A stretch of 55,527 nucleotides of DNA, from positions 1 to 55,527 of IMG/VR virus record IMGVR_UViG_3300046729_000010; one strand, 5' to 3'. The first letter of the stretch is position 1. Every line of letters starts with the position of its first letter. The position numbers and the translations under genes were made by a program. This DNA comes from a virus (lineage: Duplodnaviria > Caudoviricetes). Shown piece by piece: positions 36,186-46,500 of this stretch. The notes under the pieces are model-generated. The model was not told where the DNA came from. It saw only the letters and a list, made by a program, of their open reading frames with translations, and did not search any database.

Positions 36186-36761
36186 CTATCCGAGCCTTAG
36201 AGGGGTTGCGGTCAGACGTCGGTCGCTGAACGTTGTCGCGTTTGTGCCATCGGCAAGATACACCAGCTTCACGACCGTCCCGGCTGGTGTGATCGTCCGT
36301 CGCTTCGTGCGGCCCATAACAGCGATACCGCCTGCACCTGGGCTCGTTCCGCGGAACATGAGTCGTTCCACCTGGTCAGCAGCGACCGCACCGATCTGAA
36401 TGTTGGTGATGCCGTAGCCGTTCGTTGCCGCAACCGTCGACATTTCTGCGAACATGCCAAACTCCCAGTCTCCTGCGAATGGGCACGCGATCGAAGGGCC
36501 AACAGTCGTAAGGTCAGCAAAGGTGTTTAGGGTCCTCGGTTCACCTGTTGTAACTAACGCAGCGAGAGGCTGCGGCCCAATGACGTGCCACTTGTAGGTC
36601 CCGGCGGTCGCGGACCGGTACTTGCAGAGCCACAAGTGCGGTCCACCATACGTTCCGGCAGAGTCCGCGAGCAGATTGACCACCTGGCCATCGTACGGAC
36701 TCGCTGGAAGCGTCGTAACTTCGGGCACGTACGTCTCGTCTGAAACAACCGGACGGGCCAT
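36186..36761 (-). CDS. putative receptor-binding protein, paralog of the C-terminal domain of 36761..38656
   Basis: [15 protein letters not shown]...DSAGTYGGP...PLRLG shared with the upstream gene. Confidence 0.75.
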   Translation of the reverse strand: MARPVVSDETYVPEVTTLPASPYDGQVVNLLADSAGTYGGPHLWLCKYRSATAGTYKWHVIGPQPLAALVTTGEPRTLNTFADLTTVGPSIACPFAGDWEFGMFAEMSTVAATNGYGITNIQIGAVAADQVERLMFRGTSPGAGGIAVMGRTKRRTITPAGTVVKLVYLADGTNATTFSDRRLTATPLRLG

Positions 36762-38656
36762 CAGCCAAGCCTCAACGGACGTGCCCACAGGCGACGATTG
36801 GTGTACGTGATCGACTGCGATGGGTTGCTACCGTACTGTACTCGTAGCAGGGTACCCGCAGCCAGACCCGGCAGCACCCGAGACCGGCTTATCCACACCT
36901 TGTAGTTGAGTGTAGCTGGCATTGACGCCAGATTGTAATCAGCCGCGACTGGTGCCGCACCGCCAATGCTAAGACCCGGATATACGTCCACGAACGTCGC
37001 AACACCGTTAGTGCACCACATCTCGAACCCGTACTCCCAGTTGCCGGCAAACGGAACCGTGATGTCAGGCCCGACAGTTGCAGCGTTTGCCCAGCCCGCG
37101 CTCGTTACGGCCTGACCCGTCAGGACTTCGGCGTTCAGAATCGGCGGTCCAATAACCTGCCACTTGTAGGCACCCGCAGTGGCTGCGCGGTACTTGCAGC
37201 GATAAAGGAACGGCCCTCCATAAGTGCCCGCTGAGTCCACGAGCAGGTCGACGATCTGTCCATCGTACGGAGTCGCGGGGAGCGTCGTAACCTCGGGCAC
37301 TGACACTGGAATCGCAAAGCTCGTGACCGTGTCCGTGTCGAACGTGATCCCATCGAGACTGATCGATGCCGTCGAAACGGCCACGTCCGGAGTGACCACA
37401 CCAGCCGAACTAACCTGGACCCGACCGTGGGCGCCCTGCGCGTCAGACACGAAGTACTGACTGGTGGTTGGAGGACGGTACCCAGCGGGCAGCGTGAACG
37501 CGGCGGACCCAGTCACACCGGACTTGATCAGGCCCCGAAGGTGCACGATTCCGAACGGGTCTTTGCGGAAGGCCGCTGACTGACCAGCGGCTCCATAATT
37601 GACCCAGGCTCCCTGGAAGGCCGGCTCACCCGCTGTGCCCACAACGTGCCAGATGTCCAGCACCCCTGGGGAGGTCAGCGCCGATCCAGGAGCTCCCACG
37701 ACGACCGTGTACTGCCCAGACGTTGGCGCTGGATCCGTAGATCGCGTCCGTACCGTTACTGTGTTACTATCCGTACGCTCAACCTCTGCCGTGACCTCGG
37801 AAAAGGGTGATGCAGTCTGGTACACCGCAACCTGTACGGCCTTTGTCCCAAAGCTGTGGGTGACCGTGAACGCTCTCGCGACGCCATCACCGATCGCTTG
37901 CGTGAAGGTCTGACCACCGGACGGTCCCGTTGGACCCGTTGATCCAGTCGAGCCCGTAGGCCCGGTCAAGCCAGTGGGTCCTGTCGATCCGGTGGAGCCC
38001 GTTGCTCCAGCAGGCCCGGTTGGCCCAGCTGCGCCTGTGGCCCCGGTCGGTCCTTTCAGGTTGCCTCGTAGAGTCCAGGCAGCTGCACCAGTCTTCTCGT
38101 AGTAATCGCCATTGGTCGTGTCGAGGTACCAGTCGCCGACGATCGAGCCGGCGAGACCACCGGAAGGTGCGCCAGCTCCTGTGAACCACTTCTCTCCGGG
38201 AGAGCCAGTTGGCCCGGTCAGGCCTGTTGACCCGGTCGAGCCGGTTGCTCCTGTTGGCCCTGCCGGTCCAGTAGCTCCTGCTGGACCTGTCGATCCAGTG
38301 GCACCCGTTGGCCCCGTGGCTCCGGTAGGACCTGGAGGTCCTGTTGAGCCGGTGGGACCCGGAGGACCGGCAGGCCCGACTGGGCTCGTGGTCACCCCCT
38401 CCCACGCTGGGACCCACGCGTCACCGTCATCGTCGAACAGGACCACGCATTTTTCACCGACCGAAGGAAGCGTTGCACCTCGAGTCATCCAGTTGCTTCC
38501 TGGAATATCGAATGGTTCGTCCGACGAATAGTTGACGAGCCTAACCCACAGCGGGTCTGTGTTTGTGGCGGGCGCTCGAGTCACCCTGCCGCGGGCGGAC
38601 ACTCCCCGGTGATAACGAGTGGGTCCACCTACGAGCTCAGCCAGATCGGAGGGCAT
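36761..38656 (-). CDS. baseplate spike (gpV/gp5 OB-fold-like N terminus) fused to collagen-like fibre and distal domains
   Basis: GRV...[17 protein letters not shown]; two Gly-X-Y tracts; [22 protein letters not shown] fibre motif; lies between hub and gp25. Confidence 0.75.
   Translation of the reverse strand: MPSDLAELVGGPTRYHRGVSARGRVTRAPATNTDPLWVRLVNYSSDEPFDIPGSNWMTRGATLPSVGEKCVVLFDDDGDAWVPAWEGVTTSPVGPAGPPGPTGSTGPPGPTGATGPTGATGSTGPAGATGPAGPTGATGSTGSTGLTGPTGSPGEKWFTGAGAPSGGLAGSIVGDWYLDTTNGDYYEKTGAAAWTLRGNLKGPTGATGAAGPTGPAGATGSTGSTGPTGLTGPTGSTGSTGPTGPSGGQTFTQAIGDGVARAFTVTHSFGTKAVQVAVYQTASPFSEVTAEVERTDSNTVTVRTRSTDPAPTSGQYTVVVGAPGSALTSPGVLDIWHVVGTAGEPAFQGAWVNYGAAGQSAAFRKDPFGIVHLRGLIKSGVTGSAAFTLPAGYRPPTTSQYFVSDAQGAHGRVQVSSAGVVTPDVAVSTASISLDGITFDTDTVTSFAIPVSVPEVTTLPATPYDGQIVDLLVDSAGTYGGPFLYRCKYRAATAGAYKWQVIGPPILNAEVLTGQAVTSAGWANAATVGPDITVPFAGNWEYGFEMWCTNGVATFVDVYPGLSIGGAAPVAADYNLASMPATLNYKVWISRSRVLPGLAAGTLLRVQYGSNPSQSITYTNRRLWARPLRLG
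37915..38380 (-). repeat. collagen-like Gly-X-Y coding repeats
   Basis: [13 protein letters not shown]-type tracts interrupted by a WFTGAGAP...GDWYLDT...W module. Confidence 0.85.
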
Positions 38657-40563
38657 CAGCGACCGGGCCAATGTCGAGGGGTGAAACCTGAGGTCGAACG
38701 CCAGCTGTCGCGAACGTGCGGTCCTGACGGTGGCCCACCGCTCGTGTCAAACCGCCACTTGGATCCCTCACCCTCGGACTGGATGAAGACGTGCTCCGCG
38801 TTGGCCCACACGGTGAAGTCCTTGCCGCGTCCAGCCTCGCCCCACGAGCGGGCAAAGTCGCCACTGACGATAGCGTCTGAACCCTTGAACATATCGGCCC
38901 GGCTGAGGGCCAACGAGCACGAGCTCGAGCAGTCCAGCGGGTCCTTGGGCCCGATCGCTGAGAGCTTCCCATGACCGCCTCCCCAAAGGTAAGATCGGTT
39001 CTGGCTATCGATGTGGTCGCAGACATCCTTGAGATCGCTGCTGGAGCCAGCTTTGTCCGCTTGTGCGCGCTGGCCGACTTCGCTGGCCGGCTCGGGATCA
39101 GGTCTCTCCGGCTGCTTGAGAGTGAACTGAGAAGACAAGTCGTAACGACCTCGGGTGATCTCCTCGACGAGCCAGCGACCTGGCAGCTTCGCGGTGGAGC
39201 CGGTGGACGCCGCTCCGAAGCCTTCGAGCTTGAACACCTCGCCGGCCCTGAACTCGAACGGATTGCATAGCAGCGTGAGAGTCAGCTCTGTTGCGATGTT
39301 GCGAACGTCCCAGGTGTAGTTCCAGTCCACCACTTCTACATCGTCGCGGCTCACTACTAGAACAGGCTTCTGTCTAATGAGCGTTGTCTCGGGATCGAAG
39401 TAGACTCGTGGTCCGTCGGTGAACAAGGGCCACTTGACCTCGTCGGCAAGCCGACCCATACCGTCCCAGAAGTTCTCGTGCGGATTGTCGGTAGAACCGA
39501 TCTCAAAGTTGTACGATTTGCGGTAGGTGCCTCCGCTGGAGCCACCAAGCCCTCCGTACGCCTCGAGCACCTTCTCTGCGCCTGCTCGCACCTTCTCGTA
39601 TCGATCGCCGAACGCTGACCCCTGTACCGCCTGGGCGATCTGGCCTGGAGACCAGTCGGGGTTCTCTCTAGCAAGCTTGATCGCGCCACCCCTACCGGTG
39701 AAGCCCTTCTTGAGAAACGTGTCCACTACTCGAGGGATGTCCCGCCGAGCCTCGACGCTTCCACCGAAGTGAATGTTCAACAACTGAAGGATGCCCACGC
39801 TCGAAGCGTCGCCACCTGAGGGGTTGCGAAAGAACGGAGCCTCGACGATGATAGCCTCCAGAAGCGCGAGAACGGCCCTCTCAGGCGCTTCCCCCGCTGC
39901 ATCGAGGGCTTCCTCAGCATTCTGCAGTTCACCCGGCTTGAGCGTGTACTCCTGGCCGTCCCAGTTGGTAAAGGTGATCTTGTCCTTGCGGTTGATACCA
40001 CCGTCCTTGTTAGCCTTGCGTGTCGCTTCATCCTTCGGTGCTGGCGCAGTCTCGGACGCGTCCGCTCCCGTGGGCTGCTTCTTGTGCAACTCCTTCGAGA
40101 TGAACTTGATTCCGCCACCGGACTTGACACGGCCGCAAAGGAACAGCATGAACTCAGATCGAGTCTTCTTGGCCCGACTGACCTTGAGAGGACCACGCTT
40201 CTCCATGAGGTAGGCTGCAGTCCGCTCCATGAACACCATATCGATTGTCTCTCCGGCGGTGATCGAAGTCTGTGTCAAGCGCCACCAGAGGTCGGAACCC
40301 TCCGGGTAGTTGAGCTCAATCTTGTCCATGCGGCCATCCTTGTCCGCATCAAAGAAACCACTATCGAGCAAGTCGAAGTTGGGGTCGCTGATCGACAGGG
40401 TGATCGTACTCGAACCCTTGATCGTGTCAACGATCTGTATATCGACGATGGCCGTTGCGAGATTCACCGCGGAAGGAGTTGCCTTCTTGAGCTTGGCCTT
40501 GGACTTTACGACCTGCGTAGCCACCACATCCGCGTCGATCGAGGAGTCGATCTCAACAGTCAC
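38656..40563 (-). CDS. baseplate hub with inserted lysozyme-like domain and C-terminal NlpC/P60-like domain
   Basis: Hub-like termini; AIIVE...DASSVGILQ...[11 protein letters not shown]; YLWGGGH...DCSSSCS...HVF. Confidence 0.75.
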   Translation of the reverse strand: MTVEIDSSIDADVVATQVVKSKAKLKKATPSAVNLATAIVDIQIVDTIKGSSTITLSISDPNFDLLDSGFFDADKDGRMDKIELNYPEGSDLWWRLTQTSITAGETIDMVFMERTAAYLMEKRGPLKVSRAKKTRSEFMLFLCGRVKSGGGIKFISKELHKKQPTGADASETAPAPKDEATRKANKDGGINRKDKITFTNWDGQEYTLKPGELQNAEEALDAAGEAPERAVLALLEAIIVEAPFFRNPSGGDASSVGILQLLNIHFGGSVEARRDIPRVVDTFLKKGFTGRGGAIKLARENPDWSPGQIAQAVQGSAFGDRYEKVRAGAEKVLEAYGGLGGSSGGTYRKSYNFEIGSTDNPHENFWDGMGRLADEVKWPLFTDGPRVYFDPETTLIRQKPVLVVSRDDVEVVDWNYTWDVRNIATELTLTLLCNPFEFRAGEVFKLEGFGAASTGSTAKLPGRWLVEEITRGRYDLSSQFTLKQPERPDPEPASEVGQRAQADKAGSSSDLKDVCDHIDSQNRSYLWGGGHGKLSAIGPKDPLDCSSSCSLALSRADMFKGSDAIVSGDFARSWGEAGRGKDFTVWANAEHVFIQSEGEGSKWRFDTSGGPPSGPHVRDSWRSTSGFTPRHWPGR

Positions 40564-41318
40564 TTCTTGGCCTTCTTCTTCTTCTTCGACTTGGCTCGTA
40601 CGGTGACGGAGCGACTCGCTAGCGACAGGCTCGTGTGCTGCTGAAGATTGACCGTAACCTTCTGGCGAATGCGGTTACCGGAGTTGTTACGGAGGGGCTC
40701 GGCGTCCCAATCGAGTCCTGAAATCCTCCACAGCGGCGCAGTGGGGTTCTGAGACGACCATTGGTAGTTGGACGGAATCAGGGGCACGACGTCACCGTTA
40801 CCGTTGGTCGAGGACACGCGAATGACCGGGGGTGGCCCGACCGCTGACCCAGCAAACGCTCCTCGGCCGGCCATTCTCTCGAGCAGCCTGATGTCCTGCT
40901 CGATGTTCACGCCTTCACCGGAGAGCACGTTGTCGAACACGATCGCTACGTCCATCGCGGTGGGGCTGTAGCCCGTAAAGTGGCTCAGACCAACCCGCTC
41001 GGGGCGATCCACTATCTCGAACTTTGCATACCCATCGGCGATCAGTGGAGCCTGGTCACCCGCCAGGGCATGAAAGCTTTCGGACTTGGCCGCAGATGCT
41101 GGCACACGAAGACGCTTGCGAGTCAAGACCGTGCGTACGGAACGAATACCGTTGAGATCTGCTATCGCCCTTGCGTCGTCGGGATGGCCCCGACGTGAAG
41201 CGACCTTAGCAACGGTGTCACCCTTCTGGAGGGTGATCCAGATGTAGCCACTCGAACGCTTGTCGTCGTCAGCCTCGATCGCAAACGTGATGAGCTGACC
41301 CAGTCGGCTACGCGGCAT
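40560..41318 (-). CDS. LysM-containing tail tube initiator-like protein
   Basis: TLQKGDTVAKVA...IADLNGI..LRVP; follows the tape measure gene. Confidence 0.75.
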   Translation of the reverse strand: MPRSRLGQLITFAIEADDDKRSSGYIWITLQKGDTVAKVASRRGHPDDARAIADLNGIRSVRTVLTRKRLRVPASAAKSESFHALAGDQAPLIADGYAKFEIVDRPERVGLSHFTGYSPTAMDVAIVFDNVLSGEGVNIEQDIRLLERMAGRGAFAGSAVGPPPVIRVSSTNGNGDVVPLIPSNYQWSSQNPTAPLWRISGLDWDAEPLRNNSGNRIRQKVTVNLQQHTSLSLASRSVTVRAKSKKKKKAKK

Positions 41319-41319
41319 G

Positions 41320-43119
41320 TCAACTCACCGACTTCTTCTTGATCGCTTGACGTACGATGGTCTTGGCAAATGGCTTGCCATCCACGACCAGTGTCACGGG
41401 AACAACGACGTCCCCTCCGAAGCCACCGTGAGGCTCGACGATTGCTCCAGTTGGTAAGTACACCCTCTCACGACCGCGCTCTCCAACGTCGTAGATGCCC
41501 GGCCGCGTGATTGCTCCCCCTCGAGCCCTGTGGCCAGCCGTGCCAGAGTCGGGTCCTGGACGGGCTCCTGGATCGGGCTTGCCGCCTGCGCCGCCGACGT
41601 GAACTATGAGACCGATGTCCTTATGGAACGGAAGCTTGTTGAACGCCTTGATGGCGAAGTTGATGACGTCGATTATGTTGTTGATTCGATCCTGCAAAAA
41701 GTGCACGATCGAATCGATATTGCCCTTGATGACCAGGAACGCCAGTCCGAATGGACCGGTCAGGATTGTCAACAGCAGGGGCCAGTTGTTCTTGACCCAA
41801 CCCCACCCTGTCTTGAGTGCGTCCCACACCGCGTTGATGATGTTGCGGAAAGTTTCGGACTTCTGGTAGGCGACGTAGAAGCCTGCAGCCAGGGCAACAA
41901 GGGCAATGAACACGAGGCCCAGCGGGCTGGCCCACAGCGCTCCATTCAATGCCAGCTGCGAGCCAGTCAAGCTGATCGTTCCCATGCGCCACATCGTCAG
42001 GATCACCAAGCCGGCTCGCATTGCGGCCATGACCTTTGAGATGAACATGTACGCCTTCCAAGCAGCGTAGCCCGCCAGGACGGACGCGGTCAGGGGCACC
42101 ATGACGTCGTCGTTGCGCTTGATCCAGCCCGCCATCGACTTCAGGGGGTCGATCACCTGAGTGACCTGCTCCTTGAACTTTCCTCCTGCTCCGGTGCCCT
42201 CTCGGAAGCCCAGGATGAACTTGTTGAATGCACCGACAGCCTTAGTGACTAACGGTATCAGCTGAGTGCCGATCGCGACCTGGAGCCCCATCGTCGCAAA
42301 CTCCGACTCCCTCTGGGCCTTGATTAGGTCCTCGATGGACTTGATGCTCTTGCCCTTGAGCGTGACACCGTACTTGTCCGCAAGGGCGAGCTGCTCGTCC
42401 ATCGCCTTCGACCCTCCACGCAGCAGAGGCCCAAGCGTTTGCCACCCACGTCCCAGCAGCTTCATCGACAAGGCTGTGCGCTCTGCGCCGGCGGGCATCG
42501 CGTGCAGGCCATCCGCCACACGACCAAGCAGGTGGTCGAAGTTCTGGTCCTTCAACTCGTTCTGGCTGATGCCAAGCTTCTTGAACATATCCGTGACCTT
42601 GCCGGCGCCCTTGGACATGAGAGCTTGACGCTTGACTCGATTCTTCTCGGTGTTACCGAGAGCGTCGAGCTTGGACTTGTACTTGCCGTGCTCTACGCCA
42701 GCTGCCTGTACCTGCTTCGAGACTGTTCCAAACGTCTGAGCCATCGCCTTCGTCTCGATGTTTCTGGAGGCTGCAACTGCGGCCCACCGAGAACCCTGCT
42801 CGACACTGAAGCCCAGATTCCTGCTTAGAACGAGAGTGGTCTTGGCGAGGCTGACCGTAGTCTTGATCGCGCTCTTGGCGCCCGCGATCGAAGCGTAAGC
42901 GCCGACGAATGCGGCGCCCATTCCCATCGCCCTCTTGGCCACACCGGACAAGCCTCGGCTCATCACGTTGAACTGGCGAGTTGACCGAGCAGCCTTCCGT
43001 CCGGCCATCTCAGTGTTACGTCCGAGCTTGCCCATCGAATTCGCTGTGCGGTCGACGTCACGGGAAGCTGCTCGGGCTCCCTGTGCGCGCATGCGGAGGA
43101 TGAGGTCTTCGGCTGCCAT
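41320..43119 (-). CDS. tape measure protein
   Basis: Ala/Gly-rich helical protein; AYQKSETFRNII..W..W repeats; ARGG..VGERGRE; follows the chaperones. Confidence 0.9.
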   Translation of the reverse strand: MAAEDLILRMRAQGARAASRDVDRTANSMGKLGRNTEMAGRKAARSTRQFNVMSRGLSGVAKRAMGMGAAFVGAYASIAGAKSAIKTTVSLAKTTLVLSRNLGFSVEQGSRWAAVAASRNIETKAMAQTFGTVSKQVQAAGVEHGKYKSKLDALGNTEKNRVKRQALMSKGAGKVTDMFKKLGISQNELKDQNFDHLLGRVADGLHAMPAGAERTALSMKLLGRGWQTLGPLLRGGSKAMDEQLALADKYGVTLKGKSIKSIEDLIKAQRESEFATMGLQVAIGTQLIPLVTKAVGAFNKFILGFREGTGAGGKFKEQVTQVIDPLKSMAGWIKRNDDVMVPLTASVLAGYAAWKAYMFISKVMAAMRAGLVILTMWRMGTISLTGSQLALNGALWASPLGLVFIALVALAAGFYVAYQKSETFRNIINAVWDALKTGWGWVKNNWPLLLTILTGPFGLAFLVIKGNIDSIVHFLQDRINNIIDVINFAIKAFNKLPFHKDIGLIVHVGGAGGKPDPGARPGPDSGTAGHRARGGAITRPGIYDVGERGRERVYLPTGAIVEPHGGFGGDVVVPVTLVVDGKPFAKTIVRQAIKKKSVS

Positions 43120-43122
43120 GCC

Positions 43123-43293
43123 CTACTTTGTCATCTTCGCTTTCTGCTTTCGATCTTCTCGGGCCAGCGTCTCGTTTACGATATCCACGAGTGAGCTGAT
43201 CCAGAGCTCGTAACCAGGGTCAGCTCCGTCGTAGAGACGTCCAGTGTCCACCGAGATGCCGAGCAGCGCCGCGTCGTGCGCCAGTCTCGTCAC
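43123..43293 (-). CDS. tail assembly chaperone, second ORF
   Basis: -1 frame relative to 43290..43805; GTGA overlap. Confidence 0.6.
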   Translation of the reverse strand: MTRLAHDAALLGISVDTGRLYDGADPGYELWISSLVDIVNETLAREDRKQKAKMTK

Positions 43294-43805
43294 CCCGTCG
43301 GAACAAAATCGGCCACCACCTCTTGGTCCACTTCGACGCCCTCGCCCTGCTGCCACTCCACGTACTCGGAGTAGTGTCCGACGATGCGGCTGTCCACATC
43401 GAAGATCGCGATGAGTGCCTGACGATTCGTGGACGCCTCAGGAAGATTGTCCACCCCCAGCTTGACCGCGAGCTCAGGACCCCACTTCAGTCCCAGCGGC
43501 CGGCTCAGACCGTTCTCCTTCACTTCGAAAACCTGCTCGCATGCGAGCAGGAGAGTGTCAGACGCGACGTACAGCTCACGAACACCTTCGTCGCGAACCT
43601 TGCGATGCCTGTGGGCGATCTTGCGAATCGTCGGCCACGTAAGCAAACGGTACTCCGCAGCGAGAATGCCCACATAGCCCGGAACGTCGAGGGTGACCGT
43701 ACGCTGTGACTGAAGCTCAGCGCGCCTCTGATTGACCCTCTGCGCCAACGAAGCGAACTCCACAGGCGCATCATCTTCGAACTGATCGTCTTCCTGTTCC
43801 GTCAC
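43290..43805 (-). CDS. tail assembly chaperone
   Basis: Between tail tube and tape measure; AAGGAG RBS. Confidence 0.7.
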   Translation of the reverse strand: MTEQEDDQFEDDAPVEFASLAQRVNQRRAELQSQRTVTLDVPGYVGILAAEYRLLTWPTIRKIAHRHRKVRDEGVRELYVASDTLLLACEQVFEVKENGLSRPLGLKWGPELAVKLGVDNLPEASTNRQALIAIFDVDSRIVGHYSEYVEWQQGEGVEVDQEVVADFVPTG

Positions 43806-43856
43806 CTTGACTCCTTCGACTTTGACCTAACCAGCGAGCGGGTGCCCGCCGGCTTG

Positions 43857-44270
43857 CTACGCGGCGAGCTCGTTCATGGAGAAGACCAGCTCGTACAGCC
43901 CGACGTCGTTGCCTCCACCCATGTCGGGAGGGTTGACCGCCTTGAGGGTGCCCTTGCGGGTCCTGGTCATCCCCGTTGGGATCTTGTCGGGGCCGAGCCA
44001 AGTCACGCCCACGATTCCGACTCCGTTGCCGACGAGTGCTTCGTGGATCGGAACCCAGGTGGCCACGACGTCCGTGAACTGCGTGCGGACGGTGAGGTCT
44101 TCCCTCGAGGCTGGACCGCCGGCGCTGACCTCGTAGCCCATTCCGCCGGGTCGGGTCTTGACGTCGTCCGCTGTCAGGTTGCCGCCTTCGACTTCCTTCC
44201 ATGAGTCGCCGTAAGCGACACCGGCCAGCGAGACACGAATGTCTGCGTTGTCCTCTCGGATGTATGCCAC
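43857..44270 (-). CDS. tail tube protein
   Basis: 137 aa, follows the sheath; GGAGG RBS. Confidence 0.8.
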   Translation of the reverse strand: MAYIREDNADIRVSLAGVAYGDSWKEVEGGNLTADDVKTRPGGMGYEVSAGGPASREDLTVRTQFTDVVATWVPIHEALVGNGVGIVGVTWLGPDKIPTGMTRTRKGTLKAVNPPDMGGGNDVGLYELVFSMNELAA

Positions 44271-44284
44271 TTGACTGTCCTCCG

Positions 44285-45415
44285 TTACGTGGTCGAGACA
44301 CGGCCCGTAATGGGCACGCTCACGAGATCGATGATCACGGCCTTGGCGTGGAGACTCAGCCTCGCCTCACACGTCGCGTGGAGCTCGCCCTGAGCGACGG
44401 TCGCTTCGGTGTTCACCGAGACGCCCACCGTCGTGGCGAATGCCTCCATCGGCGTGGCTCCGTACAGACCGTTGGCCTCGTACAGGGTCAGGAGCATGCC
44501 GTCGAGGTCCTTCTTGAGAGCGCCAGCGAGCCGGCCCCTGCCGTCGATCGGCTTGAACATGTAGTTCTCGCCGAGAGCGTACGCCTCGCCCGTCATCCAC
44601 ATCCGAGCCCTGGAGCAGTTGGCCTGCCAGAACGGATCCGTCTCGTTCTGTGGCACTGTGGTCTGGAAGCCGTAGAGCTCGAGCACGCCGTACACGGTTG
44701 CGAAGGTGTTGACCCCGAGGTTGAGCAGGTCCACGCGCTCCTGATCGGTGATGTTGCGGACGAAGCTGGTGACGTACTGGAGGGGGAAGTCGCGGCCCGC
44801 CGCGGCCCGATTTGGGTTGCCCAGGGCATCCACCCGCTGGCAGAGGGCGGCGACGACGGAGGAGGCCGGGACCTGGCGTGTGCCCGCCCCGACAACTCCG
44901 GAGGGTCCGGGGATATTCAGCCACGGACCGAATACCGCACCGTAGGTCTGATTGGAGTCCGGCACCGCGCCTCCGAGCACTTCCATTGCCGCGACGGTGT
45001 CGTTCATGCCCACGTCCATGAGGGCGAAGCGGTTGTGCGTGGCCGCGTGATCCAGCAGCTTTCCGTAGAGAGCGGCTCCCGGGGTCTCGTCTCCGATCAC
45101 ACTGACCTGACCGGGCCCAAGCCCCCTCGGGAACAGATTCAGGCCGCTGTCGACCGTGCCTGCGTCCGTGTAGCGACCGAAGTAGGCACGTGATCCTCCC
45201 TCGCGGAAGAACGTGTCCAGAGCGTCGAAAGCTGCAGCATTCGCTGTCTCACGAACTCCGTACTCTGAGACGAAGTCGGCGATCGACCGCAGAAGCTTGG
45301 CATCGGTGAGCGTGCCGGAGTTTGCCTGGCCGGCCACGAACCACGTGCCCGTGTCGGTGGGTGCTCCCCTCGACGGAGGGGCAGTGCGGGGCTGAACGAC
45401 AACTCCAAGCGGCAT
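44285..45415 (-). CDS. tail sheath protein
   Basis: FFREGGSRAY; NRFALMD; PWL; NRAAAG; LLNLGVN; LYG; MFKPID. Confidence 0.9.
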   Translation of the reverse strand: MPLGVVVQPRTAPPSRGAPTDTGTWFVAGQANSGTLTDAKLLRSIADFVSEYGVRETANAAAFDALDTFFREGGSRAYFGRYTDAGTVDSGLNLFPRGLGPGQVSVIGDETPGAALYGKLLDHAATHNRFALMDVGMNDTVAAMEVLGGAVPDSNQTYGAVFGPWLNIPGPSGVVGAGTRQVPASSVVAALCQRVDALGNPNRAAAGRDFPLQYVTSFVRNITDQERVDLLNLGVNTFATVYGVLELYGFQTTVPQNETDPFWQANCSRARMWMTGEAYALGENYMFKPIDGRGRLAGALKKDLDGMLLTLYEANGLYGATPMEAFATTVGVSVNTEATVAQGELHATCEARLSLHAKAVIIDLVSVPITGRVSTT

Positions 45416-45418
45416 CAG

Positions 45419-46075
45419 CTATCTCCCAGTGATCTCGACGGTAACGTCCCGAACAATCGCCAAGGGATCGTACGGGTCGTCCGGACTCAGGAAGTCGGGC
45501 GGATCGTACGGACCCGGCAGGCCACCCGGGTTGGGCACGTATGGGCCGGCGCCGATTTGCAACACCTGGTCCACGTAAACGGTGAACTCGTTGATGGATG
45601 CCGACAGGTAGCGACCATCCTCAGTCGCTACCGGAGCGACACGACCGCTCATCCACTTTGTGTCACCAGCGAATCCTCTGAGCGAGGCGTTCTGAGTCAG
45701 GATGCGGCGCACGGCCCCTCCATACAGCGAAGCATTCACCCTTGATTCGGGGGCATGTCGACCTCGAGCGACCGCTGTGATGATGACGCTCCACGCCGCA
45801 TAAACGAGACCTTCGCCGTCTGAAGCTGGCTCTCCGACGGTGTTCGCAGTTGTCACCAGAATAGCGGGCAAGCTGCGATCCAGGAACTCATCATCGTCCA
45901 GAACGGAGCGATAGTCTGCTCGACGTGGACGCTGCAAGAACCGCTCCGGAAGATCGCGCTCTCGCTCGATCACTGAAAGCATGTTGGGGACACGCTCGAT
46001 CAGAAGACCCACCACAGCGGCATCGACGTCGGTCTCGATGATGAGCGGACCGAACTCAGCAGCGACGATTGTCAC
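45419..46075 (-). CDS. putative tail terminator/completion protein
   Basis: Position between neck genes and sheath. Confidence 0.55.
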   Translation of the reverse strand: MTIVAAEFGPLIIETDVDAAVVGLLIERVPNMLSVIERERDLPERFLQRPRRADYRSVLDDDEFLDRSLPAILVTTANTVGEPASDGEGLVYAAWSVIITAVARGRHAPESRVNASLYGGAVRRILTQNASLRGFAGDTKWMSGRVAPVATEDGRYLSASINEFTVYVDQVLQIGAGPYVPNPGGLPGPYDPPDFLSPDDPYDPLAIVRDVTVEITGR

Positions 46076-46500
46076 TATCTCACCGCGCCCTTGGTCGCTC
46101 CATGCACACCGTGAACGATGTAGTCCAGGATCGCGTTGCCGCTGGCCTTACGCTCCTTGGGCTTGAGCACGAGCACGGCCGACCTTGGACCCTTGCGCAA
46201 GTAGCGAGCGTATGGGATCGATGTGCCGAACAGGAGCTCAGACCCGTGGTACTTCCGAATGGCTCCGTTGGCAGTCTCCTGCGTGAGAGAGGCGAGCGTC
46301 GCTCCCGTCCTGACGTACTTGCCACGAAGCAGAGCGAAGTGCTTGAGCTCCCCCTTCTGTAGAATACGAGCCACGTCCTTGAACGCCGGCTGAGCGTTGT
46401 TCATCCGGTCGGCCACCTGACGGGTCCGTTCCTCCGTCTTCTTGAGTGGCTGCTCTTTCGAGCCGCTGACTCGGATATCGAGAGTAAGACCCCTGGGCAT
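46075..46500 (-). CDS. neck/virion morphogenesis protein
   Basis: VRTGATLASL...FGTSIPYARY. Confidence 0.65.
   Translation of the reverse strand: MPRGLTLDIRVSGSKEQPLKKTEERTRQVADRMNNAQPAFKDVARILQKGELKHFALLRGKYVRTGATLASLTQETANGAIRKYHGSELLFGTSIPYARYLRKGPRSAVLVLKPKERKASGNAILDYIVHGVHGATKGAVR

Noticed and set aside
36186-37310. Diversity-generating retroelement template/variable repeat pair
   Set aside because: No reverse transcriptase in the window; both copies are intact ORFs and the differences are not confined to adenines.
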